Shown one piece after another: positions 40,771 to 64,000 of a DNA stretch of 64,000 nucleotides. Position 1 is the stretch's first letter. Every line of letters starts with the position of its first letter. The stretch is from Nitrospirales bacterium (GTDB lineage Bacteria; Nitrospirota; Nitrospiria; Nitrospirales; UBA8639): positions 224,001 through 288,000 of the forward strand of contig CBDBCZ010000012.1 of NCBI GenBank assembly GCA_965203295.1, written 5' to 3'. Under the pieces are notes generated by a model. It was not told the origin of the DNA, ran no database searches, and saw only the letters and a program-made list of their open reading frames with translations. A program made the position numbers and the translations under genes.

Positions 40771-43700
40771 AATACCCAGATTTGTCTAGCTAGGTTCTGA
40801 CCCTCCATGTGCTATAACACACAGAAAGCAAGGCGGATATCATTGGTGTCACCTAAAGAGGGGTTATATTAATTACACTGCAATGCAAGGATATGAATAT
40901 GCTGTTCTTCCTTATCCAATTGGAAGAATGGGGTGGGCCAGGGTTGAATGGCACACTGTGTACAGACACATACACACATACCCTGTTGGCAACACAACTT
41001 CCATATTCCGGAATAAAACATTTTGTTACTGGTACTGTATTCCCTGTAGAGTATAAGAAAAGCTAGCCTAGATGGATGGCATGTATAAAGAAAGTGGACG
41101 TACATGCACATGTATATTTATATACTGCCAGGTGTAAAGATTTAAGCCAAAATGGGTGTGTGTATAAAATTAACAGTGTAGTTCAGCATAAATGAGAGTC
41201 ACTGGCCAAAAAATAAAATGTACGTACGCAAGGCATGTCAAACATGTGATGCATGAAGAATCAGACATGTTTATAACATTATATACTTTACAAATGGAGG
41301 CTTACTGCAGTTCGGCATGAATGAGAGTCACTGGCTGAAAAATAAAATGTGCGTACACAAGGCCTGTCAAACATGTCATGCATGAAGAATCAGACATGTC
41401 TATAACATTATACACTTTCCAAATGGAGGCTTACTACAGCACCTGGGTTAGTAGAGTTTGTTGAGTTTCTGCCATGTCAGTATAATGGATGGCACAAACT
41501 GCACAATGCTTAGCAGCTAATGTGATTTCGAAGCAGCATAGCCCTTTCACAAAGCAGCCATGGCTAATCCTTAATAAAAATATATGTTGTATATAGACGA
41601 GACCTCAAAAACCAAAAGTTTTATTGTATGCTGCCTTACAAAACTCTCTATGACAATATTATAGATAGAGACCAAACAACTGTCAATGTGCAAGGAAATG
41701 AAACGTATCAAGTGTAAACCAATGTTGACATCACCATGAAACATTAAAACTTTCAAAATGATGTTATAATAGTACGCAAAAAACTAGGGAGATTTAGTAT
41801 CAAAATTATGTTATTTTGTGAACCATGGGTGAAAACTCATGTAAGGCTTTTCCACCTCAGATTCTCTGAGGAGACATGAAAAACAGGTTAATCCTTCCAG
41901 TGGCCTAGTGGTGAAGGCCCTGAAAGCTGAGAGCTGGGTTAGATTCTCTTGAGTACGTACATGTACTTCCTATTTCACCCCCCTTTAATTTTTTTCTTTT
42001 TGCTTCTTTTGGGTTCTGTTTCTGTTAGTTTTCACTACGTATTCTAGAAGGATTAGACAACACTGGCAATATACCCTTAGGCTGTACTCAACAACAGGAC
42101 AGAAGTGATTCAGCTTCGCTAAAGAGCCTTTGTATATGGCAGCATGGTTAAGCATTCTTAGACCAGCTCATCCTGCATACATCCGCACCTACACGACAGC
42201 TCAGCTACAAGTGTGTTAGAAAGTACAACTATCCAGACAAAAATCTCCTCCTACTTGATGTTGGCATTACGGTTTCATACATATGTATAATATTCTGGAA
42301 TCAGAGCTTTAGCCACACGAAGGTTGAGATCTCTTTGTCTGCTGGCCAATTTACTTCACATTTGGCACTGATGTTCGCTCTCAATAAACGTAATAGTTAA
42401 TGTACTTGAAAAGCAGACAACCATCCTGACACTAGTAGCTACAGATGAAAGGCTCATTACTGATCATGAACAGGGCATGCTTTCTGGTTTCTACTCTACA
42501 CAGTCTCTTGCACGCTTTTGCAAACCTCTGTACCGACACGGGAGCTAGTCTCGCGAGCCAGTCTGTACGGGAGCTAGCTACCATAGCTGACCAAATTACA
42601 GTACAGAACGGGTACATATTAGCGAGTATAAACTTACATGGCTTGAAATAGCTTTAATCTCCCGTTGTATGAGTGGCCTGACTCGTACAGCAACCTCTCC
42701 ACCCCTCCCTGACGAAGATTCCCGACGGTTCAGCGCACAAACGCAATCAAATCATTGTGTGAATGAATGGGGGTGGGGCTGTCTAGACCTGTGCCTGTTT
42801 TAGCCTAATCACTTTTTTTTTCTAAAACAATACAATACAATACCATACAATACAATACCTGTACGCATACGCACAGCACGCAGAACTGTGTGGGCACACG
42901 TAGATATTATCTACTAGGTGAATGCAGAGCATTGTGGGGCGAGCGTGAGCGAGTTCATCATGTCATAGATTATCTATGATCATACATAGCTGACTTGAAT
43001 ATGCAGGGCTGGTACGTAATGCATTATTATATTATTACAAATGTAATCACAGATAGATCTATTATAGAGCATGATATAATTTTACATACAGCGGTATATT
43101 ACAGTGGTCACAATCATCATTATAATATGAAAGGATATAGTTGAGAATGTTAGTCTGGTTTGTACTTAATGCCTGTGCATGCCAGTGACAATATTGAGGC
43201 TGTACGTCAAAGTAAACGGAGGGGCGGATAGGAGGGAAGTTTCGGTGATGTCTTCATCTTTCATGTGCAATGTCGACAAGTTAAGATTGGTGCCAAAGTG
43301 TTAGGAAATTGGTACCAGCATAGATAATAGCAAGAATGGTGAGCCTAGCACTCCAGTGTTTCTTGCAGTGTTTCAGTGCTTGAAGAGCATCGCACTTTGC
43401 CCACATACCCAGCTGTTCAGTTGTGGGGGTGATTTGAGACTTCCAGACTGACAAGGCACGCTAAGTACGTGTCTAGTGACAGAACAGCTGCAACCTCAAC
43501 ACCAAGTAGCGGCCACCAAATTATGCGAGCCGCAGTCACAGATGCTGAAGCACGTGTATGCTACTGTTGTGAATGATGATGACAAGTCGTTGAAGGCAGT
43601 TCAGAAGCTCCCAATAAACACCACTGCAGAGAGGGACTACTCTGCACAGGAGACATGCCAACTTCTCCTCCAGCTACCAATGTTCGTGGCATCGCGGGAC

Positions 43701-43907
43701 TTCTTCATCCTTTGCCCTTGCGATGCTGCCCTGCGTTCTCGCCTGCGTACATGTAAGCCTGGTCTTCGCCTTCGCCGTGCTCACTCGTTCTGTAGCCTTC
43801 TCTCCATCTCCACAGGAGTTTCGGCCGCTCTCCTTTCTCTGTAGCGCTGTCTGCTCACTCATTCTCTCTCTCTCCAGAGCGCACGCACGTGTTGTAGAGG
43901 ATAATTG

Positions 43908-44330
43908 TTAGTTAGTTAAATTTTCATTTTAAGCAGGAAGATGTCCCTTCAGCCAACAGATGGCTGGTCCTCCAGGGAGTCCTGTGACATGAATACACAA
44001 CACACAGACAGCACACAGATAAAAAAGTTGCAAATAAATAAGTACAAAAACACCAGTTAGGAATAGCTATAGCCGGTCCAGGATTCGTGCCTTCAGTCTT
44101 CGACGAAACACCTCAGATCCAAGTTCTCTCACGCTGACAGGCAGCCTGTTCCAATCCCATGCTCCCCTAAATGTAATTGACCTTCTAAGGAACTCAGTGT
44201 TTACAGAAGGCAGAAACAAATTGCTACTGCCTCGTGCCCCAGAGCGCCCTACTTCACCAATTGTTCGGAATCTCTCCCTCAAACACCGTGGACCTTGTCC
44301 TCTTACACACCAATGTACCAGTCGCGACAA
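43908..44330 (-). mobile_element. 5'-truncated CR1/L2-group LINE 3' fragment, present only in unit 2
   Basis: Open frame ...LFLPSVNTEFLRRSITFRGAWDWNRLP...FRRRLK*, then a short 3' UTR and a (TAAC)n tail. Absent at the paralogous site ~30080. Confidence 0.85.
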
Positions 44331-45299
44331 CAGTTGTTGAAATAGGCCCCGCGCATGCACGCACAGGTCTACACTGAGGGGGGGGGGGGGGGGGAGCTCG
44401 CACGCACGCCCCAAAAGGAGTAATAAAAAAAAGAATATTACAAATAAATAATAAAAATAACACAACAGTTCAACATGTGAAGGGGGGGGGGGGGCTCACT
44501 CACGCTTGCCCCAAAAGGGTAAGTAATTGTAAAAGTACAACAAATAAAAATAATAATAAAAAATTACACAACAGTTCAACAAGTGACGACAGCTTCATCA
44601 CATGTAAATAGTAATGAAGAGAAGTCTCATCCACTTGAATCTTGACTTCCTGCTTCCTGCGGTGATGTAACGAAGAATAACATAAACACTTGGCCATCAT
44701 TGTCTCTACCAAGTGAATCGGATCAGCTCTAGACTCTACTGCAAGCTCTATATGTATGCCACACATCACAGTGAGCTAATGCACTAGCTGTCACCATTGT
44801 CACTGTTGTTTCAAGAGACATTTATGCTTGCTTAACACAAAGAGGTACACAAGCAGTAAATCCTTATTGGTCCCTCTCTCTATCTTTAATTTTCAAACCA
44901 TAAACTAAACAATTGCTCAACCAAGTGAACAAAACTTTTAACCACTGCTAAAACTACACAGATGTATCACTATTATTTCATCCAATCAGTTGAAATGTAC
45001 TTAAACATTTTTTGTATGTATTTTACCTTTCCTTTAAATCTGTGCAGCAGTTTTCTTAAAGAATAACACTGATGTACATGGACTTATTACTGAAAATAAT
45101 GACAGTCTTGCGTCTTTCAGATGACAAAGACTAGTTATCTAGTTTTGATTCCCCCCCCCCCCCACACACACACTATTTAATAGTTAGGTATGCATTACAT
45201 AAAAGTGTGCCAGAGACAGGACACATAGCTAGCAGTTGCATTAATTACTGCCTATCTGTGCTGGTAGGGAAAATGGAGAAAAGGTGATAATGCGTGACA

Positions 45300-47900
45300 A
45301 AGCGGTGAGGTGGTGTGATGGTGAGATTAAGATTATGATAAGGATACTGGAGAGTGGTATTGGCAGGGGAGATAAACGGGAGAGTGTTACAAACGTTGTT
45401 CGGAAATCAAGGAATTGGTATAGATAGTTGAAATGAGGTGATTGAAAGGGCTAATTAAGATTTTCATGCAAACAGAAAGGAGTTTTAGGGCATTTGTTGG
45501 CAGGATCTTCAAAAGGTAGTCATAAGGGTATATTGCTTCTTTGAGGAGTACTCCAGGTTCATGTGCAATCAGCACTAAGGGAAATTTGGAAGTATTATGT
45601 GAGCATTATGAAAGGCTGGGTACAGCATCCGTAGATGATCAGTTTGGTGGTAGCTCGAAAGAGCATGTAGAGCAGAAAGTGACAGAGTATAGGGAAATGT
45701 CTAGATTACGGAAGGTTAAGGTTTTGGACAGGGGAATTATTTTGCAGAAATTTAACTAAAACCTTAAAGAACTAGAGGTCTTTCGCAGAGACATACCGAT
45801 TGCCAATACGAACACGTGACCAGAGTCCGTATATGCCCGTCCCCCATTGTATTCTAGTTGTGACCGTATTAAAAAGGCAGAATGTACCATTGTTAAATAA
45901 GAAAGAGCTGGAGATGCAGCGTATGGAACTGCTTTGGCGACTATCAGGTACACACCCGAACATTTTTTGGGGGATTTCAATGTTGATATTTTGTTCATCA
46001 ATCGCTGAACCCTGCAAATCGCGAGATAGCCCGATTTTTGAGTCGACAGACAACGAACGAACGAACGGACGGACAGACAGAACCAATCGCTTAACCCTGC
46101 CGCCGCCTACGCGCCGCGGGGTAATAATAATACAGGAGGTAATGATGGGCTAGTTGTGGAGCTTTTTAGGTACGGTGGCAAAGGAGTAGCTACATGTAGT
46201 CTGTTGAAAGTCTTATATGAAGTAGTTTGGACAGAGGAGAGTGTTCCTAAACAACAAGGACAAGTGTTACTTTTTAGCTTGTATAAGAAAGGTGATACTG
46301 AAGACCTGGGTATTTACAGAGGCATTACATTATTAAATGTGTGAGGAAAACTGTTCTAAACAATCGCATAGTAATCACATTAGAATGAGAAAGAGCTCTT
46401 CATGAGGATTCAGAGAGAAAACGAGTCGTGTTGATAGAATCTTTGCTTTCAATAAAATCATACCAGGTAGAATGAGGAACACTTATGCTTCTTTCTTAGA
46501 TGTTCAGAAGTATTTGACACAGTTTGACATGATGGCTTATAGTTTGGGTTATGGGAAATTGGTGCCAGGGGCAGGATGAGGCGAGTTATTAAGGATATCA
46601 CACAGAGTGCTGTTTTACTGGAGGCAGAAATATCTGATATAGGTCAGGGGGCGGCACAGGGTTGTAGTATGTTGCCTATCCTCTTGTCTAACTTTATTAA
46701 TCAGTTGTTAGATGAGGTTAAGAAGGCTGTGATTGGCATTAATATTAAGAAGGATGTTAAGGTTAGGGGTCTAATGTTTGCCGAAAGATTTTGTAGGTTT
46801 AACTACTAACATTGATTAATGCAGTACAGGGGTTTTGTAATAAATGAAGGTTGAAATCTGACATAAAAAACAGTGCTATTATGGTATTTACTAAAGAGGT
46901 TTATACAGGCACATGTACATGGAAGTGGGGAGATAAAAACATTCCAGAGGTTGTAAGTCACTGCTACTTGGGTGCTGAATTTGCAAATAATGGTTCATGG
47001 ATAGTCATGTACAGAAGGTAATTAATAGTGGAAGAAAAATCTACATTTAGTAACAGTAATATCAGCACAGTTACAAGAAGAATACCCTATTGTTAGTTTC
47101 AGTAGCTTACCCTGCTTTAGAATATGGTAGTGAAGTGTGGGCTTGTAATACATGGCAGACAGTTTCCTTGGAATTTATTCAGCTAGGAGCAGCTAAAAAT
47201 ATATTTGGCTGCTCTTCTAAAACGTGTAGTGAAGCAGTAAGGGGGGAGGGGGTATGGGGTTACAATCTTTTGAAAGGCAGGAGGCATAGGTGCATGGTGT
47301 TATAAAGTCAGTAATTTGCATGATGAGAGATATCCTAGCTTACTAGACAGTGAGTGGTAAGTGAAATTGTGCAGAGGTAGGCAGAGAAAAGTAGGTGATA
47401 AATTGTTGCTCCAGTCATTAAATCTAGAGAGTCAGGATATATTTGCTGAAGATTTCAAACTATTGAAAGTAACAAAGTTTGCTAAGCTCCCGCCCAACAA
47501 ATCGTCTAATTCTCTCACGAAAATATTTCTGATGGTATCTTACATAGGACACTCCTAGACCACATGTACTACACTCTCACATTGCACCCCACACAACTTA
47601 CACTGCCTATCATAATTTTTACCCCTATATCTTCCTAACGTTTTATTCAGACGGTTAGTACTTGAACATAAACTTAAACATCAATCGTGTTCCTGGGTCC
47701 CCAACCCCTGCAAGTAATTCTTACATTCTATTTCTTTACAAACAGACTAGCTTGTACAGCCTCAGCCATCATTTATACTCTATGGTGATCAAGTTAATGA
47801 AAAATCTGTTTGTTCTTGCTCGGACTGGAGATCTTACAGCGTGGTATGTGGGTGCGTGCTCAATGGCATACGCGCTACGACAGCGACACGAGTATAACAT
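45300..47900 (+). mobile_element. Paralogous copy of the decayed LINE
   Basis: Colinear with 31540-34300, including the HINE and the inversion (~47460-47780). Confidence 0.9.
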
Positions 47901-47960
47901 TACTACCTATCTGCAATGTATCAGCTGCAGTTGATGTGCCATTCTTGTGAATGTACGAAC

Positions 47961-52267
<4,307 letters not shown>

Positions 52268-55200
52268 CACACCACCGCGTAAGGTAGCACTGACTGTCTC
52301 TACCCCATCTGATGATCAACTGCCACTACCAATCCTGTAGTTTGTTCGGTGTTTTTTATTTTGGAGGGGGGTTAACCAGAACTACTCCATAACTTGTTTT
52401 AAACATCAAAAACTACATCACTCACGCACATGTAGGTCTGAAAGTAGATGTAGTTACGCAACAATTATTGCAAACGCGAGCTTAAACATGAACCGCTGCA
52501 TGGAAACATGGCTAAAAAATCCATATGACAAAGTATACTATCAAAAAATTGTATACTGGAGAAAGAATGTACATAATTATTGAAATACGACGTATCTGCA
52601 AAAATAGCCTTTACTTATTGTGCTCTATTGTTGGACCCAAATGAGAGTCCTATATTCTCCACTTCACCCTTGTTTCTATAGTAACAGGTGGGTAATAAAT
52701 CCCATATACTGACAGGACAAGAAGTTATACTCCAGCCCTCAGGGCAGGAGTTGTCCATATGTAACAAGCGAAATCTAAAATAGAGAATAATGGGTGGCTC
52801 CATATAGTCTGGATCTGAATTATGTTAACAAGGATGCCCACTGTTTCGCACCTGTATAATACTTCCACTTAAAAAATATAACAGATAAACCGAGGTAGCC
52901 AGCTGGGATTTATGGCCATAAACAGCCCTCGCCCTCGGGTTCGGGCAGTTTATGGACCATAAATCCCTGGCTATCGTGGTTTACCTATTATGTAACAATA
53001 CAGTGAACATGCACACGCAAGTAACTGACTATAAAAAATTTCATTAAAGCGACTTACGGATCAGAAAACTCCCAAAAAGCACATCTGTAGTCACTTCCAT
53101 TTTTTACCTATATACATGTACGTACGTATGTACGTACATAAAAAATCATTAGGATGAAAATACAGTTTTACAGTCTATACCATATATTCATGCACCAAGT
53201 GACCTGCTTTAGTAAAGTGGGAACAGCTACTACCAGGACTGTACAGCAATGCAATCCCTGGCACATTAATATGCACCCTTCTTAATACTCGCTAGAATAC
53301 TATTGGTAAAGTAGTACTTCATAGTAGCTCTTGCCAGTAGGATGTACGTACACGTATATGCTGTCGTGATCTACCTTCATTCAAGATTAGACATGCTAAC
53401 AAAACAGCTGTTTCCAGAGTAACATAAAGCTGACCAACATCATAAAACATTTACAAGAATTATTGGTATGTTCGGTATATTAATTACATTATGTGTTAAA
53501 AACAAACCTCATCGAAAGTGCTGCACTCGAAATTCTCGTGACGACGCTGTTGTGGAAATCACCATGGAGGCAACAGCAGTGGAAGCACTACAGAAAGAGA
53601 AAAAACTTTGTGGTAATGGTTTCCTGGAATGTTACAACTCCTATACATGTTTATAGCACAGGTATAATGATACACAGCAATGAATATCGCATCAATCTTT
53701 GCAGTAAACACCTACCAATGCCCATATTGGTCTAGCTAGGTCCTGACTTTTCTATGTGCTATAACACACAGAAAGCAAGGTTCATATCATTGGTGTCACC
53801 TAAAGTGGGATTATATTAATTACACTGCAATGCAAGGACATGAATATGCTGTTCCTCCTTATCCAATTGGAAAAATGGGGTGGGTCAGGGTTGAATGGCA
53901 CACTGTGTACAGACACGTATACACATACCCTGTTGGCAGCACAACTTCCATATTCCGGAATAAAACATATGTTACTGGTACTGTATTCCCTGTAGAGTAT
54001 AAGAAAAGCTAGCCTAGATGGATGGCATGTATAAAGAAAGTGGACGTACATGCACATGTATATTTATATACTGCCAGGTGTAAAGATTTAAGCCAAAATG
54101 GGTGTGTGTATAAAATTAACAGTGCAGTTCGGCATGAATGAGAGTCACTGGCTGAAAAATAAAATGTGCGTACACAAGGCCTGTCAAACATGTCATGCAT
54201 GAAGAATCAGACATGTCTATAACATTATATACTTTCCAAATGGAGGCTTACTACAGCACCTGGGTTAGTAGAGTTTGTGTAGTCTCTGCCATGTCAGTAT
54301 AATGGATGGCACAAACTGCACAATGCTAATGTGATTTTGAAGTAGCACAGCCCTCTCACATAGCAGCCATGGCTGATCCTTAAAAAAATATGTGTTGTAT
54401 TATAGACGAGACCTCAAAAACCAACAGGTTTATTGTATGCTGCCTCACAAAACTCTCCCATACCAATGTCATACTTCATTACATCAGCTGCACTGCACCC
54501 ACTAAGGACCCTACATTAAATTCACATTAAGCTTGCTAGGGAAGATGCTAGCCGCTCAAATTAAGCAGTACTTGTACTCTACATGTCGACACAAAGAAAA
54601 GTTCAATTGGTTTCCTAACTTACCCTCCAATACACACAGTCTCCAGCACCATAATTTTTGTATCTTTGAGCTACATGCACATAGAGAACTTTTCATTCGG
54701 TTCTATGTGAGTTTCATAGTACATATGTTAGTGCAAAAGTAACATAATGTAGTCGCATCTCTTACACATTTCTGCAAACACATCGTACTAACACTTGGTA
54801 GGCTACATTCATTGAATATTACTTGATGTATTGTAGCTTTTCCCACTGAGGAATTACAGTAAGTGCGGCATGAGCTGTCTACTAAACATTGGTGTAAAGG
54901 AAGGCCTGCTATAGGCTCAATGATTGCAGTATCTTTGTTATGTGCGTGCAAACTGACATGTGGATATGTAGCACAAGATAGGTGGCATGGTCAAGTGAGT
55001 TCGGCATGTCTCTTAGCTCACCCATCCAAACAGGTACATCAAACTTATGCTGGGACTCTCTCTGAGACAGTTCAAAATCTCAAGTAGGAAGCCATTATAT
55101 TACTTTTGCCGTGGATAAAGATGTCACTACACAGCTTGTACATACAGTATATAGGTAGAAAACATCACATGTAGTTTACTATATTCTTTACAAACAGGAG

Positions 55201-55865
55201 TACAGCAGTTACTGCAAGTGCACTTACTCCATTGTGGTTACCCCATATGGCCAGTGCTTGCACCAACAGGTACATGGCATGTACAAGCACATACACATTC
55301 AAACATACCAAGGTTATTCCCACCATTCACCACACTATCCTCAGAATCTTCCAAAGCGTTAGCAAGATAAATTGAATATCGTTCCACATTATTCAACAAG
55401 AGCTGACTACCAGCATCAACCTGTGTGTATGTGTGCAAGCATGCTGTTACAAACGCGGTTGCATGGTGCTACATACACAACAACATGTACATGTACATAA
55501 TATTTGTTTCGAGCTCAGACCTCAGCTGTCCTTTAGCAAACAGCCTTATGTATGTTCTGAGTGAAACAGCTTGATTTATACACCCACCCACATACATACG
55601 TATATTGTACTGCTAGCATATGCAGCAGTCATGTCAAGAGCTGCCTTCTGCATGAAATGACAACACTTTTCACCAAACCTGTAACTAAAGCACTCAATGT
55701 TCCATTGATTACAGCAAGAAGTCTAAACTGGGCACAAGACTGTGCATGCAAATACGTTAGTGATGGTATGCATGTGTTAGCAAGGTTGAAACGTACTTCT
55801 TGCAACGTTGTCCATCTAATTAAGTTACTTGAATCAAGTACATTGCTGAAGATACCCAAAAGATT
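52268..55865 (-). pseudogene. Adhesion GPCR copy 2 GAIN exons (damaged)
   Basis: NLLGIFSNVLDSSNLIRWTTLQE (55865-55797), VDAGSQLLLNNVERYSIYLA (55420-55309), a GAIN exon at ~53587-53508 with a 41-nt deletion, and VKNGSDYRCAFWEFSDP (~53107-53058). The GPS Trp codon is changed to TGA at ~52316-52318. Confidence 0.85.
52652..52991. mobile_element. ~340-bp insertion unique to unit 2, containing a fold-back MITE
   Basis: The paralogous sites (~39070, ~40122, ~60560) read AGTCCTGTAA with no insert. Hairpin GGGATTTATGG.CCATAAAC...GTTTATGGACCATAAATCCC around GCCCTCGGG. Confidence 0.75.
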
Positions 55866-56840
55866 CTGAGGGAAAGATTCAGCGGCAAGTACCACAGTGT
55901 GAATGCTTAACAAAACACATCTACTAGGTTACTAGCCTTGTCCCCAGGCTCTAGCTCTCAAGTGATAAAAGCTGAGTGAATGCCTGGGAATGAGGCTACT
56001 AAGTTAGCAAATGCATGCATTGCTGCAGTAGTAAATCTAATGCTTAGCTCAATAATCTATAAACAAAAATTATACACTGGAGTATGTATGACAATATTAT
56101 AGCTAGAGACCAAACAACTGTCAATGTGCAAGGAATTGAAACGTATCAAGTGTAAACCAATGTTGACATCACCATGAAACATTAAAACTTTCAAAATGAT
56201 GTTATAACAATGCGCAAAAAAACTAGGGAGATTTAGTATCAAAATTATGTTATTTAGTGAACCATGGGTGAAAACTCATGTAAGGCTTTTCCACCTCAGA
56301 TTGTCTGAGGAGACATGAAAAACAGGTTAATCCTTCTAGTGGCCTAGTGGTGAAGGCCCTGAAAGCTGAGAGCTGGGTTAGATTCTCTTGAGTACGTACA
56401 TGTACTTCCTATTTCACCCCCCTTTAATTTTTTTCTTTTTGCTTCTTTTGGGTTCTGTTTCTGTTAGTTTTCACTACATATTCTAGAAAGATTGGACAAG
56501 ACTGGCTATATACAGTTAGGCTGTACTCAACAACAGGACAAAAGTGATTCAGCCTCGCTAAAGAGCCTTTGTATATGGCAGCATGGTTAAGTATTCTTAG
56601 ACCAGCTCATCCTGCATACATCCGCACCTACACAACAGCTCAGCTACAAGTGTGTTAGAAAGTACAACCAATGATGAGGTGTATGCAACTAGTACGAAAA
56701 CACATTCTTAGAATATTAATAAAATAATATCTACGTGTTTTAAAGCCACTAATGCACTTGCATTATAACAGACAACTAAGGTAACCACATGATCGTCATG
56801 ACATGTGTTAAAACAAATAGCCTTAGTTAGTAGAAGGCAC

Positions 56841-63318
<6,478 letters not shown>

Positions 63319-64000
63319 CTAAGGGAAAGATTCGGCGGCAAGTACCACAGTGTGAATGCTTAGCAAAACACATCTACTAGGTTACTAGCCTTGTCCCCAG
63401 GCTCTAGCTCCCAAGTGATAAAAGCTGAGTGGATGCCTGGGAATGAGGCTATTAAGTTAGCAAATGCATACATGGCTGCAGTAGTAAATTTAATGCTTAG
63501 CTCAACAATCTATAAGCCAAAATTATACACTGGAGTATGTATAACAATAAAGCTAGAGACCAAACAACTCAATGTGCAAGGAAATGAAACGTATCAAGCG
63601 TAAACGAATGTTGACATCACCTTCAAACATTAAAACTTTCAATATTATTATAGTACGCAAAAAACCAGTGAGATTTAGTATCAAAATTACGTTATTTTAT
63701 GAACCATGGGTGAAAACGTATGTAAGGCTTTTCCATCTCAGATTCTCTGAGGAGACATGAAAAACAGGTTAATCCTTCCAGTGGCCTAGTGGTGAAGGCC
63801 TGGAAAGCTGAGAGCTGGGTTAAATTCTTTTGAGTACGTACATGTACTTCCTGTTTCACCCCCTTTTCTGTCTTTAGTCGGTCTTTTGCTTATTTTGGGT
63901 TGTGTTTATGGTAGCATGGTTAAGCATTCTTAAAGCAGCTCATCCTGTATACATCCGTACCTACACCACAGCTCAGCTACAAGTGTGTTAGAAAGTGCAA

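Overview
Eukaryotic, intron-containing DNA, probably a demosponge. That is inferred from short introns, AGCCTCGTTCCCAGGC-type MITEs and the gene families present; it cannot be proven from this window. I find no clearly intact full-length gene. From 1 to 27 kb the window is a mosaic of intron-retaining fragments of unrelated genes: PPP1R21 3' exons abutting internal CEP78 exons, a CDC50/TMEM30 copy with two stops and a U12-type intron, a second CEP78 5' fragment, and four in-frame RNF213-like AAA exons. These sit among MITEs, a deleted Tigger/pogo element and a degenerate satellite. Inside the satellite is the most striking structure, a 2341-bp composite-transposon-like unit. It has two 975-bp near-identical direct repeats, each with its own 19-bp TIRs and flanking TTAA (Kolobok/KolobokP-like), around a 383-bp cargo of TTAGGG repeats. 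Removing the whole unit restores one continuous palindrome, so it appears to have inserted as a single piece. From 27 to 64 kb is a head-to-tail array (periods about 13.7, 14.4 and 7.4 kb) of N-terminally truncated adhesion-GPCR copies on the minus strand, with passenger LINE, Helitron, HINE and SINE pieces. Copy 1 keeps GAIN-GPS-TM1 but has a destroyed 7TM. Copy 2 has a broken GAIN but an open 332-codon Stachel-7TM frame. All identifications come from manual translation and recalled family motifs, not database searches.
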